From an uncultured Acidimicrobiales bacterium (GTDB taxonomy: Bacteria; Actinomycetota; Acidimicrobiia; Acidimicrobiales; SZUA-35): a stretch of DNA of 64,000 nt. Made by a program: the position numbers and the translations under genes. The notes under the pieces are model-generated. The model ran no database searches and was not told where the DNA came from. It worked only from the letters and a program-made list of their open reading frames with translations. Numbering within the stretch: position 1 is the first letter of the stretch; each line of letters starts with the position of its first letter. Below, in pieces: positions 55,596-64,000 of this stretch. Where the stretch lies: NCBI GenBank assembly GCA_963715325.1, contig CAVQRR010000002.1, positions 13,428-77,427 on the forward strand, in the 5' to 3' direction.

Positions 55596-56717
55596 ATGGT
55601 GGACCGGGTCATGCAGATCTCGACCGTCGACCTGTTCCTGCTGGAGCTCCCGCTCCGGGAACCCTTCGTCGCCAGCCACGGCGAGACCCTGTGCCGGACG
55701 GTGACGATCGTGAGGGTCACCACCGACATCGGGATCGGTTGGGGTGAGTGCTCGGCCCTGCCGGCTGCGACCTACAGCCCCGAGTCGGCGGTCGGCTCGT
55801 TCCGAGCCATGGCCGAGGTGCTGTCGCCGCTGCTGATCGGCCCGACGCTGACCCATCGGCTGCTGGCGCCGCTGCTGGCCGACCATCGGGACAAGCCGAT
55901 GGCGGTGGCGGCGCTGGAGATGGCGGTGCTCGATGCCGAGCTTCGTCACGACGATCGCTCCCTCGCCGACTGGCTCGGTGTCGCCCGATCGACCGTGCCT
56001 GCCGGCGTGAGCATCGGCCTCGACGATGTCGATGCCACGGTGGCCCGCGCCGTTGCCCTGGCCACCGAGGGCTACCGCAGGCTGAAAGTCAAGGTCCAAC
56101 CCGGCCACGACGTCGATCTGGTGACCGCCATCCGCAGGGAGCTGCCGGCGATCGAGCTCCAGATCGACGCAAACGGCGCCTACGGTCCGGGCGACCTCGA
56201 TCGGTTGCAGCGGGTACTCGATTGCGGCGTCGACGCCGTCGAGCAGCCGTTCGGTCCTGCCGACGAGTCGTTGACCCGGGAGCTGATCCGCAGGTTGGCC
56301 CACCGGCGGCCGATTCCGGTGGTGGCGGACGAATCGGTGACATCGATGGCCGATGCCACCGGCCTGCTGGAGCGGCAGGCGATGACGGGTCTGTCGATCA
56401 AGCCGGCCCGGGTCGGAGGGATGTCGGCCGCGGTGGCACTGCACGACCTGTGCCTGGCCCGTGGTCTGGCGGCCACCGCCGGCGGCATGCTGGAGACCGG
56501 GCTCGGCCGACGGGGGCTGGCGGCGCTGGCCGGGCTGGCAGGCTTCACAGTGACCGGCGATCTGTCGCCGGCCGGCCGGTGGCTGACCCTCGACCCGTGG
56601 CCCGATCTGGAGATGATCGACGGGCGGATCATCGTGCCGACCGGACCCGGCATCGCCCCCGACCCCGATCCCGGGCTCCTGGACCACACCACCGTCGAGC
56701 GGGAGACCGTCCGATGA
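55596..56717 (+). CDS. menC: o-succinylbenzoate synthase (enolase superfamily)
   Basis: Enolase-superfamily catalytic blocks: RLKVKV, QIDANGAY, VEQPF, VADES, SIKPARVGG. The menC assignment rests on context with menH and menD. The start may be ATG 55611. Confidence 0.8.
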   Translation: MVDRVMQISTVDLFLLELPLREPFVASHGETLCRTVTIVRVTTDIGIGWGECSALPAATYSPESAVGSFRAMAEVLSPLLIGPTLTHRLLAPLLADHRDKPMAVAALEMAVLDAELRHDDRSLADWLGVARSTVPAGVSIGLDDVDATVARAVALATEGYRRLKVKVQPGHDVDLVTAIRRELPAIELQIDANGAYGPGDLDRLQRVLDCGVDAVEQPFGPADESLTRELIRRLAHRRPIPVVADESVTSMADATGLLERQAMTGLSIKPARVGGMSAAVALHDLCLARGLAATAGGMLETGLGRRGLAALAGLAGFTVTGDLSPAGRWLTLDPWPDLEMIDGRIIVPTGPGIAPDPDPGLLDHTTVERETVR

Positions 56718-57531
56718 GTCGCCACGAGGCACCGCTGCACCGCCGGCCGCTGGGCGGCTCGACCGGGGTCGACGGCGGCGTCGGAGGTGGTGACCCGGCC
56801 CCCGGGTGATCCTGGCCCACGGTTTCACCCAGAACGCCGACTGCTGGGGCGAGTTCGGCCGGCGGCTGGCCACCACGGTCGAGGTGATCGCCGTCGATCT
56901 TCCCGGCCATGGCCGCTCGCACCACGACGACGCCGATCTCACGGAATCGGCCCGGCTGCTGATCGAAGCCGGTGGGACCGGCGTCTACCTCGGGTATTCG
57001 ATGGGAGGTCGGGTCGCCATCCACGCCGCCCTCGATCAACCCGGACAGGTCACGGGCCTGATCTTGATCGGCGCCACCGCCGGGATCGATGACGCCTCGG
57101 AGCGGGCGGCCCGCCGTGCGGCCGATGACGCCCTGGCCGAGCGGCTCCTGGCCGACGGGCTCCCGACCTTCCTCGACCGGTGGCTGGCCGGGCCGCTGTT
57201 CGCAGGACTCAGCGACGAGCAGGCGGCGAAGACCGAACGATCGACCAATCGGGCGGAGGGGCTGGCCGCAAGCCTGCGCCGTTGCGGCACCGGCAACCAG
57301 CAGCCGCTGTGGGATCGCCTGGCGGAGCTTCGCATGCCGGTGACGGTGGTGGTCGGCAGTGACGACCGCAAATTCTCCGCTCTCGGCGCCAGGTTGGTGA
57401 CCGCCATGACCGGCACCACAGCGGAGCTGGTGTCGATTCCCGGAACCCACGCCGTCCACCTCGAACAACCGGAGCTGACGGCCAAGGCGATCGCCGCCAG
57501 GCTCGATCGCCTCAACGGGACCGGCCGATGA
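56714..57531 (+). pseudogene. menH: 2-succinyl-6-hydroxy-2,4-cyclohexadiene-1-carboxylate synthase, one frameshift near the start
   Basis: ATG 56714 overlaps the menC stop (ATGA) and reads MSRHEAPLHRRPL...DPAP. After the C5G3 run at 56799-56806 the protein continues in the ORF 56806..57531 frame (VILAHGFTQNAD..., GYSMGG nucleophile elbow). Confidence 0.8.
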
Positions 57532-57594
57532 CGGGATCGATGACGGGTCCGAGGCGGGTCCGATGACGGGTCGAGGCGGCGACCTCGGATAGCT

Positions 57595-59280
57595 TTGGCC
57601 CTGATGTCGACGACCGCTGCCACCTTCTGCGCCACCCTGGTCGACGAGTGGGTCCGGGCCGGGGCCACCAGTGCCTTCGTCGCACCCGGCTCACGATCGA
57701 CACCCCTGGCCCTGGCCCTGCACGACGATCGACGGATGCGGCTCTCGCTGTTCCACGACGAGCGTGCCGCCGGATTCGCCGCTCTGGGCCACGCCCTCGC
57801 CACCGGCCAACCCTCCATCGTCACCTGCACCAGCGGCACCGCCGCGGCCCACCTCCATGCCGCGGTGATCGAGGCCGACCTCTCGGCGGTGCCGCTGATC
57901 GTCTGCACAACGGACCGACCCCCCGAGCTGTGGCAGGTCGGGGCCCCACAGACCGTCGACCAGAACCGACTGTTCGGCTCGGCGGTCCGGTTCTATGCCG
58001 AGCCGGGGGTTGCCGTGCCGGAGATGGCGGGTGCGTGGCGCTCTTTGGGCTCGCGACTGGTGGCCGAGGCCAACGGTGGCGCAGATCGGCCCGGCCCGGT
58101 GCACGTGAACCTCAGTTTCCGGGACCCGCTGGTTGCCACCCCGGGGCCCCTCCCCCGAGGCCGGTCGAAGCGGGCACCGTGGCACCGCGACCTTCGGGCC
58201 ACCGGCCGCTCGACCGCGGCCGACGTGGAGATCGATGAGGTGTGGAATCGCATCCGAGGGCTCGATGGGTTGGTCGTGGCCGGCCACGGCACCTCCGATC
58301 CCCCATCGGTCCTGGCCCTCGGTCGTGCGCTGGGGTGGCCGGTGCTGGCCGATCACCGGTCTGGCTGTCGGGCCGAGGGGCAGGCCATCGCCCACTTCGA
58401 TCCGTTGCTCCGCAGCGAGAGCTTCGGCCGCCTCTCCAAACCGGACGTGGTGATCCGCTTCGGTCAGCCCCTGGCCAGCAAGGTGCTCAGCCAGTGGCTG
58501 GCGGCGGCCGACGCCGACACGATCGCCGCCCTCGGCCGCTCCCATTGGATCGATCCGGAACGGCTTGCGTCGCTGGTGGTCAACGAGGCCGGCCTGGCCC
58601 GAGGTCTCCTGGCCAGGATCCCCGCCGACTATCGCCCATCGACCGAGGCCGACCGTTGGGAGCGGGCCGATGTGCTGGCAGAGAAGGTCATCGCCGAGGA
58701 GCTCGCTGCCATCGGCGTTGTCACCGAGCCGGGCGTGGCCCGGGCGGTGGTGGAAGGCGTTCCGGCCGGAGGCTCGCTGCTGGTGGCCTCGTCGATGCCG
58801 ATCCGCGACGTCGAGTGGTTCGCCCCGAACCGGCGGCGGATCCGGGTCCATGCCAACCGGGGAGCCAACGGGATCGACGGTCTGATCGCCACCGCCATCG
58901 GCATCGCCCTGTCCGGCGCGCCGACGACGCTGCTGATCGGCGATGTGGCCTTCCTCCACGACAGCTCTGCGCTGATCGGGCTCCGCGACAGATCGATCAC
59001 GCTGACCATCGTGGTGATCGACAACGACGGCGGTGGGATCTTCTCGTTCCTGCCCCAGGCCGAGCTCGTCGACCACGCCGGCTTCGAGAGGCTCTTCGGA
59101 ACCCCCCATGGCACCGATCTGGCTGCTCTGGCGCTGGCCCACGGGCTCGAGGTCGAACCGTGGCCGGGCTCCGGGTTGCGGCCAGGCCCGCCACGGGTGG
59201 TCATCGCCACCACCGACCGTGCCGAGAACGTCGAGATCCACGAGCGACTCAATCGGGCGGTGGCCGACGCCATCGGTTGA
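57595..59280 (+). CDS. menD: 2-succinyl-5-enolpyruvyl-6-hydroxy-3-cyclohexene-1-carboxylate synthase
   Basis: 561 aa. ThDP-enzyme pattern typical of MenD: APGSRSTPLALA, FHDERAAGFAALG, TSGTAAA, and a C-terminal GDVAFLHD...NNDGGGIF. Confidence 0.9.
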   Translation: MALMSTTAATFCATLVDEWVRAGATSAFVAPGSRSTPLALALHDDRRMRLSLFHDERAAGFAALGHALATGQPSIVTCTSGTAAAHLHAAVIEADLSAVPLIVCTTDRPPELWQVGAPQTVDQNRLFGSAVRFYAEPGVAVPEMAGAWRSLGSRLVAEANGGADRPGPVHVNLSFRDPLVATPGPLPRGRSKRAPWHRDLRATGRSTAADVEIDEVWNRIRGLDGLVVAGHGTSDPPSVLALGRALGWPVLADHRSGCRAEGQAIAHFDPLLRSESFGRLSKPDVVIRFGQPLASKVLSQWLAAADADTIAALGRSHWIDPERLASLVVNEAGLARGLLARIPADYRPSTEADRWERADVLAEKVIAEELAAIGVVTEPGVARAVVEGVPAGGSLLVASSMPIRDVEWFAPNRRRIRVHANRGANGIDGLIATAIGIALSGAPTTLLIGDVAFLHDSSALIGLRDRSITLTIVVIDNDGGGIFSFLPQAELVDHAGFERLFGTPHGTDLAALALAHGLEVEPWPGSGLRPGPPRVVIATTDRAENVEIHERLNRAVADAIG

Positions 59281-59314
59281 CCGGCGGCGCCTGGCTCCGC
59301 CCGCCTCGACTCAC

Positions 59315-60475
59315 TCAGGTGCGGTTGATCATTCTGGACATGTTGGCGCTGTAGAACTTCTCAAGGACGTCCTCGCCGAACCCCTCCAGCGACCTACCGA
59401 ACCGGCCCAGTGGGTTGCGGCCGCCCTCGATGTGTGGGTAGTCGCTGGAGAACAGGTAGAGCTCGGGGCTGGACTCGCGGATCAACGCCCCGACATCCTC
59501 GAACGGGTAGGGGGTGAACGCCATCTGGGCCGCGATCTGCTCCGAGGGTTTTCGGGTCAGGGACGCCAGCTCCGGTTCCGAGCGACGCCAGATCTCGGCG
59601 ATCGAATCGAGGCGGCGCAGCATCGAAGGGACCCAGCCCGCCCCGAGCTCGATCACGCCGACCTGTAGCGCCCGGTGCCGTTCCAGCACACCGTCGAGCA
59701 CCATGGTGCCGAGGAAGGTCTCGGCCGCGTGGTGGAGGGCGATCATGTCCTTGCCCCTTATGTTCTCGCCGCCGCCGAGCCAGTCGGTCGGCACGTCCCG
59801 CCCGGTGTTCATCCACGCCGGTTTGAGCTGCAGCGGGTTCCCGCCGACGTGCAGCACCACCGGTACACCGGCCTCGGCGGCCAGGGCCCAGAACGGGTCG
59901 ATGTCGTCGTGACCCGGGGACCGACCACCGGCCGGCCGGTGGGGTACCCAGACCGCGGCAAGGCCCAGTTCGATGATCTGCTGCAATGCAACCACTGCGG
60001 CGGTCGGATCGTCGAGGCAGGCCGCACCGACGCCGAGCAGCCGCCGGTCGTCGGCGCAGAACTCGGCGATGCCGCGATTGTGGGCGGCGATACCGGCCGC
60101 CATGAGGTCGGGTTCGGCGATTGCGGAGAACACTTCACCTGCGCTGAAGGTGGCGAACACCAGCTGGCGATCGAACCCCAACAGGTCGAGGGCCTGCGAG
60201 CGCTCGTCGGCGTTGAACGCGCCCAGCGCCTGGTAGCCCTTGGGTCCGGCGATCAGCCCGTCGCCGAGGGCCAGCAGCTCCTCCACGGTCTCGGGGCTGT
60301 GGGCGCCGCGTTCGCCCATGGCGTCGAGGGCGTCTCTGAGCTTGCCCCCGCCGGACAGGCTCAGGCGGGGCAGTCGATCGCGGACGTCCGCCGCTGCGTT
60401 GTCCCGCAGGAAGTCCGGCAGCTCCATGATGTGGCTGTCCGCGTCGAGAAAGGTCCGACCTTCGGCGTAGGGCAT
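59315..60475 (-). CDS. amidohydrolase family protein (amidohydrolase_2 / ACMSD-like TIM barrel)
   Basis: 386 aa from ATG 60475. DADSHIME metal-binding start, VLHVGG, and a C-terminal FSSDYPHIEG block. Confidence 0.8.
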   Translation of the reverse strand: MPYAEGRTFLDADSHIMELPDFLRDNAAADVRDRLPRLSLSGGGKLRDALDAMGERGAHSPETVEELLALGDGLIAGPKGYQALGAFNADERSQALDLLGFDRQLVFATFSAGEVFSAIAEPDLMAAGIAAHNRGIAEFCADDRRLLGVGAACLDDPTAAVVALQQIIELGLAAVWVPHRPAGGRSPGHDDIDPFWALAAEAGVPVVLHVGGNPLQLKPAWMNTGRDVPTDWLGGGENIRGKDMIALHHAAETFLGTMVLDGVLERHRALQVGVIELGAGWVPSMLRRLDSIAEIWRRSEPELASLTRKPSEQIAAQMAFTPYPFEDVGALIRESSPELYLFSSDYPHIEGGRNPLGRFGRSLEGFGEDVLEKFYSANMSRMINRT

Positions 60476-60616
60476 GGGTTCTTCTCCGGTCGTGTCTGGT
60501 CCGTCCCGGTCGACGTTAGCGATTGGCGGATCGAGCATCCCAATTCGGGGACCGCGGGCGAACTCGGAAAAGCGCCCGAAGGGGGCCCGGAACCGCCTCC
60601 GGCGGGGTTTCTGCGG

Positions 60617-61768
60617 TCAGCCGAACTCGATCACTCCTCGGATGTTGATGCCGTCGTTCATGTCCTTGTAGCCCTGGTTGATCTCGTCCAGCGGGTATCG
60701 GCGGGTGATCAACTCGTCGAGCTTGAGCTTGCCCTGGCGGTACAGCATCAACAGTTCCGGGATGCGGGAATTGGGGCTGGCCGACCCGAAGATCGTGCCC
60801 CGGAGCTGTTTCTGCGACAGCGTCATCCTGGCCAGGTCGAGCTTCACGTCCGTTTGGTCCATGGGGGCCACCGCGGTGGCAACGACGGTGCCCCCCTTGG
60901 CGGTCAGCTCCATGGCCGGCTGGATCAGCTCGCCGTGGAGCACACCGGGGGTCAGGATGGTGGCGTCGGCCATCCGACCCCATGTCAGATCGTTGACGAG
61001 CGGGATGGCCTCCTCCATGGAACCGACTGCGTGGGTGGCGCCGAACTCCATGGCCTTCTCCTGTTTGAACTGCACCGGATCGACGGCGATGATGTTGGCC
61101 GCACCGGCTGCCGCCGCACCCTGCACCGCGTTGGAGCCGATGCCGCCACAGCCGACGACCACCACCGTGTCGCCGGCCTTCACCTCGGCCCGGTTGACCG
61201 CCGAGCCGTAGCCGGTGGCCACACCGCAGCTCACCAGGCACACCGCTTCCAGTGGCAGGTCCGGTTCGACCTTGATCACCGAGGCGTCGGCCAGGACCAT
61301 GTGTTCGGAGAAGGTCCCCAGCTTGGCCAACGCCCCCAGGTTGCGACCGTCTGCGGTGTGGGTCCGGTAGGTGCCATCGGTGATCATGCCGCCACCGAAG
61401 GTTCTGGCGCCGAGATCGCAGAGGTTCTGCTTGCCCTGGGCGCATGGCGGGCAGATGCCACAGGCCGGGACGAACGAGCACGACACATGGTCGCCAGGGG
61501 CCACCTTGGTCACGTTCGCTCCCACCTCGACCACCACCCCCGAGCCCTCGTGGCCGCCGATGATGGGGAAGATGGTGCCGCCGGGAATCGTGTCCAGCAG
61601 CTCCTGCGGGGGGACCATGTCGCCGGTCACCAGATGCTCGTCGGAGTGGCACAAACCGGCGAAGGCCGTCTTCACGAGCACCTCACCGGGACCGGGCGGG
61701 TCGAGTTCGATCTCCTCCACGCTCCACTGCTGCCCCACGCCGTGCAACACCGCTGCCCTGGTCTTCAT
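60617..61768 (-). CDS. Zn-dependent alcohol dehydrogenase (NDMA-dependent ADH-like)
   Basis: GLCHSDEH, GHEGSGVV, a structural-zinc Cys cluster (CGICPPCAQGKQNLC) and Rossmann GCGGIG. ATG 61768 is preceded by GAGGAGG. Confidence 0.88.
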   Translation of the reverse strand: MKTRAAVLHGVGQQWSVEEIELDPPGPGEVLVKTAFAGLCHSDEHLVTGDMVPPQELLDTIPGGTIFPIIGGHEGSGVVVEVGANVTKVAPGDHVSCSFVPACGICPPCAQGKQNLCDLGARTFGGGMITDGTYRTHTADGRNLGALAKLGTFSEHMVLADASVIKVEPDLPLEAVCLVSCGVATGYGSAVNRAEVKAGDTVVVVGCGGIGSNAVQGAAAAGAANIIAVDPVQFKQEKAMEFGATHAVGSMEEAIPLVNDLTWGRMADATILTPGVLHGELIQPAMELTAKGGTVVATAVAPMDQTDVKLDLARMTLSQKQLRGTIFGSASPNSRIPELLMLYRQGKLKLDELITRRYPLDEINQGYKDMNDGINIRGVIEFG

Positions 61769-61808
61769 GCCTGCCTCCTCGGTTCCCCCGTTGTGTCCTG
61801 GCCGCACC

Positions 61809-63419
61809 TTATGCCGGGGACGGCGCCGGGTTCCACCGCCGGCCGGCCAGATGGCCGACCAGACGTCGTCGAAGCGTCGCAGGCAGCGAGGGGGCTCTGG
61901 CCAGCGCCTCGACGATCAACCCGTCGACGTACCGGTCGCCGTCGCCGAGGGGGCCGTCGACCACCCGTGCCAGGACGTCGTCCCGCAACCGATGGTTCGC
62001 CAGGACCGGCACCAGGGCCAGCGCCGCCGATTGGCGGACCGTCGATCGGGAGAACCCGGCCCCGAAGGCGTTGTCTGGCTCGGCTCCGGGTTCCAGCCGG
62101 TCCAGCAGGGCGTTGGCCACCGCGGTGCCGTCGGCCTCGGGATGGCGGCTCAGTTGCCCCAGGCCGTAGGCCGCATTGGAGCGGACCAGGTCGTCCGGGT
62201 CGCACCGCAACACCTCGATGAGGGCGGCGATCGCCTCGGGCACGGCGGCCCCCGCCGCCGTGCCGAGGGCTGCCACCGCCGGCCGCCGGGTGGTGGCGGC
62301 GCCGCTTGCCAGGCCGGCCAGCAGCGGGGCGATGGCCGCCGGACCAGCCTGGGTCAGCCCATGGCCGGCGGCCCGCCTCGTCGATTCGGTGGCGGCGGAC
62401 AGCCCGGCCGCCAAGACCTTGAGGGCGTTTCGGTCGCCGGATCGGGCGGCCGATCCGAGTTCGTAGGCCGCCGCCACCTTCTGGTCCTCCCGACCACCGA
62501 CGAGCGCAGCGTTCAGCCGGGCGAGGTCGACCCGGTGACGGCGGGGCACCCCTCCCAGGAGCCGACGAAGCTGCGCGTCGACGACCGGTCGAACCTCGGG
62601 TCGGGTCGTGGCCGGGAGGTCGAGGTTCACAGGTGGCCGGCGGCCGGGGTCGACGACCGGCTCACGAACCCGGGCCAGGTAGAACTTGTACATGTACCTG
62701 GGTTCGGGGTGGCCGCCGACCCGGCTGCCACGGTGGACCAGGTCGTAGTCTGCAATCACCACCGTGCCGGCCGGCACGTGGAGGAAGCGACGCTCAAGAT
62801 CCGGCACGTCCAGTCCCCGGGCCAGCGCCTCGGCCTGGTGGCGGTCCCTGGTGTCCGGGTCATCGCCGTCGAACACCGAAGGGTCGATGCTGCGATCGAT
62901 TCGATCGCCGGGGTGCCAGCCGCCATCCGGTTTCTCGTGGTCGACCGTCCAGTACTGCGAACCGGCGACGACCTCGGTCGGGCCGTTCGTCTCGTCCACG
63001 TCCTGGGGGTAGTAGAACAGCATGAGCCAGTCGGTTCGATGCGATCGGTAGTGGCCGCGTTCGTTCCACGGCAGGTTTCCGTCCTGGTGGAAGATCTGAT
63101 CCCCGGTCCCGCTGCGATGGCAGTAGCTGTGTGGGTGGAGGAGATAGTCGGGGCCGAGCAGGCTGGTCAGTGCTCCGTCGATCTCCGGGTCGGTGAGCAC
63201 CCGATCGATCTCGGGGACCCTGGCCCGCAGATTGTCGCCAAGGATGTCGAGGTGGGCCGTCGGGCTCTCCACCGCCCGGCTGAGGTCGTAGAGGTCGGCG
63301 GCCCGCCGGTAGAGGGTCCGATGGTCGTTTGCCGTCATGTCTCGGGGTGTCAGCTCCAGGTAGCCGTCGACGAGGAACGTGAGAAGCCGGTCGGCTGCGA
63401 GCGGCTGTGGTTGGTCCAT
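61809..63419 (-). CDS. PhyH-like Fe(II)/2-oxoglutarate dioxygenase fused to a C-terminal HEAT-repeat domain
   Basis: The N-terminal ~290 aa carry HxD (IFHQDG) and a distal His (DYDLVHRGS) in a PhyH-like context. The C-terminal ~240 aa are Ala/Leu-rich HEAT/PBS-lyase-like repeats (VAAAYELG..., VRSNAAYGLGQL..., RQSAALAL). Confidence 0.75.
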   Translation of the reverse strand: MDQPQPLAADRLLTFLVDGYLELTPRDMTANDHRTLYRRAADLYDLSRAVESPTAHLDILGDNLRARVPEIDRVLTDPEIDGALTSLLGPDYLLHPHSYCHRSGTGDQIFHQDGNLPWNERGHYRSHRTDWLMLFYYPQDVDETNGPTEVVAGSQYWTVDHEKPDGGWHPGDRIDRSIDPSVFDGDDPDTRDRHQAEALARGLDVPDLERRFLHVPAGTVVIADYDLVHRGSRVGGHPEPRYMYKFYLARVREPVVDPGRRPPVNLDLPATTRPEVRPVVDAQLRRLLGGVPRRHRVDLARLNAALVGGREDQKVAAAYELGSAARSGDRNALKVLAAGLSAATESTRRAAGHGLTQAGPAAIAPLLAGLASGAATTRRPAVAALGTAAGAAVPEAIAALIEVLRCDPDDLVRSNAAYGLGQLSRHPEADGTAVANALLDRLEPGAEPDNAFGAGFSRSTVRQSAALALVPVLANHRLRDDVLARVVDGPLGDGDRYVDGLIVEALARAPSLPATLRRRLVGHLAGRRWNPAPSPA

Positions 63420-63594
63420 GACTCCCGAACGCTAGTTGGGAGCCCGACACGTCGGTAGTTCGTGTCGAGCGCGTACGACCCGGCAAGACGTGACGCAACC
63501 CGAAGGCTTCCCGCCGCCTTGGGCCGGGAGCGCCCGTTCAGGGCGGTCCGCTGTCGGCCCCGTCACATCGACGCAGGGCGGCCCCGTCTGTACG

Positions 63595-63990
63595 ATGTTC
63601 GCCATGGCCCTCTCCCGCTCGCAACTGGCAAAAACCACCGCAGAGTTCCTGGCCGCATTCAACACCGCCGACCTCGACGCCACGATGGGCTTCTTCGCCC
63701 CGGATGGCGTCTACGAGGAGTTCAACGGCAAGATGAACCGCGGCCTGGATGAGGTTCGGGCCGCGTTCGCCCCGCAGTTCGCCGGTGCGTTCGGCGAGAT
63801 GAAGTTCCTCGACGAGGACCTGATCGTGGATGCCGAGGCCGGCAAGGTGATGGCATCGTGGACCTGCACCCTCGAAGTCAAGGGCCAGCCGACCGCCTGG
63901 CGGGGCCTCGACGCCATGACGTTCGACGATCAGGGCCGCATCACCCACAAGCTGACCTACGCCAAGACCAAAGCCCCGCTGTTCGCCTGA
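63595..63990 (+). CDS. NTF2-like / SnoaL-like protein
   Basis: About 130 aa. Pattern FLAAFNTADLDATMGFFAPDGVYEE...WRGLDAMTFDDQGRI, typical of SnoaL-type NTF2 folds. The start is ATG 63595 or 63604. Confidence 0.8.
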   Translation: MFAMALSRSQLAKTTAEFLAAFNTADLDATMGFFAPDGVYEEFNGKMNRGLDEVRAAFAPQFAGAFGEMKFLDEDLIVDAEAGKVMASWTCTLEVKGQPTAWRGLDAMTFDDQGRITHKLTYAKTKAPLFA

Positions 63991-64000
63991 GTCGATGCTG

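Overview
All calls below come from reading the sequence and the ORF track and from remembered family motifs. No searches or computations were run.

This is a very GC-rich chromosomal segment of Actinomycetota type, made mostly of housekeeping and metabolic genes. No rRNA, tRNA or CRISPR was found.

Layout:
- 1-5.2 kb: a decayed integrative-element remnant. It holds a SUKH/HEAT pseudogene, a CHRD protein, a GNAT pseudogene, a bPH/SHOCT membrane protein and a degenerate tyrosine integrase preceded by phased repeats.
- 5.2-10.7 kb: acyl-CoA dehydrogenase, a PlsC-type acyltransferase, a secreted DUF1996 protein and a carotenoid oxygenase.
- 10.7-14.8 kb: an ABC importer behind a clear TPP riboswitch.
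- 14.8-18 kb: ybaK, a P-loop protein, soxR, and cysS with a structured leader.
- 18-26 kb: assorted enzymes, a candidate small selenoprotein (in-frame UGA plus a SECIS-like hairpin) and an intergenic tandem repeat.
- 26.2-40.5 kb: one co-directional minus-strand block, purL-purQ-purC-purE-purF-purD::purM-purN-guaB, then an ABC-2 exporter.
- 40.5-50 kb: a nucleotidase, metY with a CoA-binding protein, an XPB helicase pair and an amidase.
- 51.3-55.3 kb: a cobalamin riboswitch controlling a BtuFCD-like importer plus cobO.
- 55.6-59.3 kb: menC-menH-menD.
- 59.3-64 kb: amidohydrolase, Zn-ADH, a PhyH::HEAT fusion and an NTF2-like protein.

Most notable observations:
- The purine locus has unusual architecture: a PurD-PurM fusion followed by purN, a class-II-like PurE directly after purC with no purK in the window, and two PurS-like modules fused to PurL.
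- The candidate selenoprotein gene.
- About 15 single-base frame disruptions in otherwise conserved genes, several at G/C homopolymers. These are more likely assembly indels than real decay.
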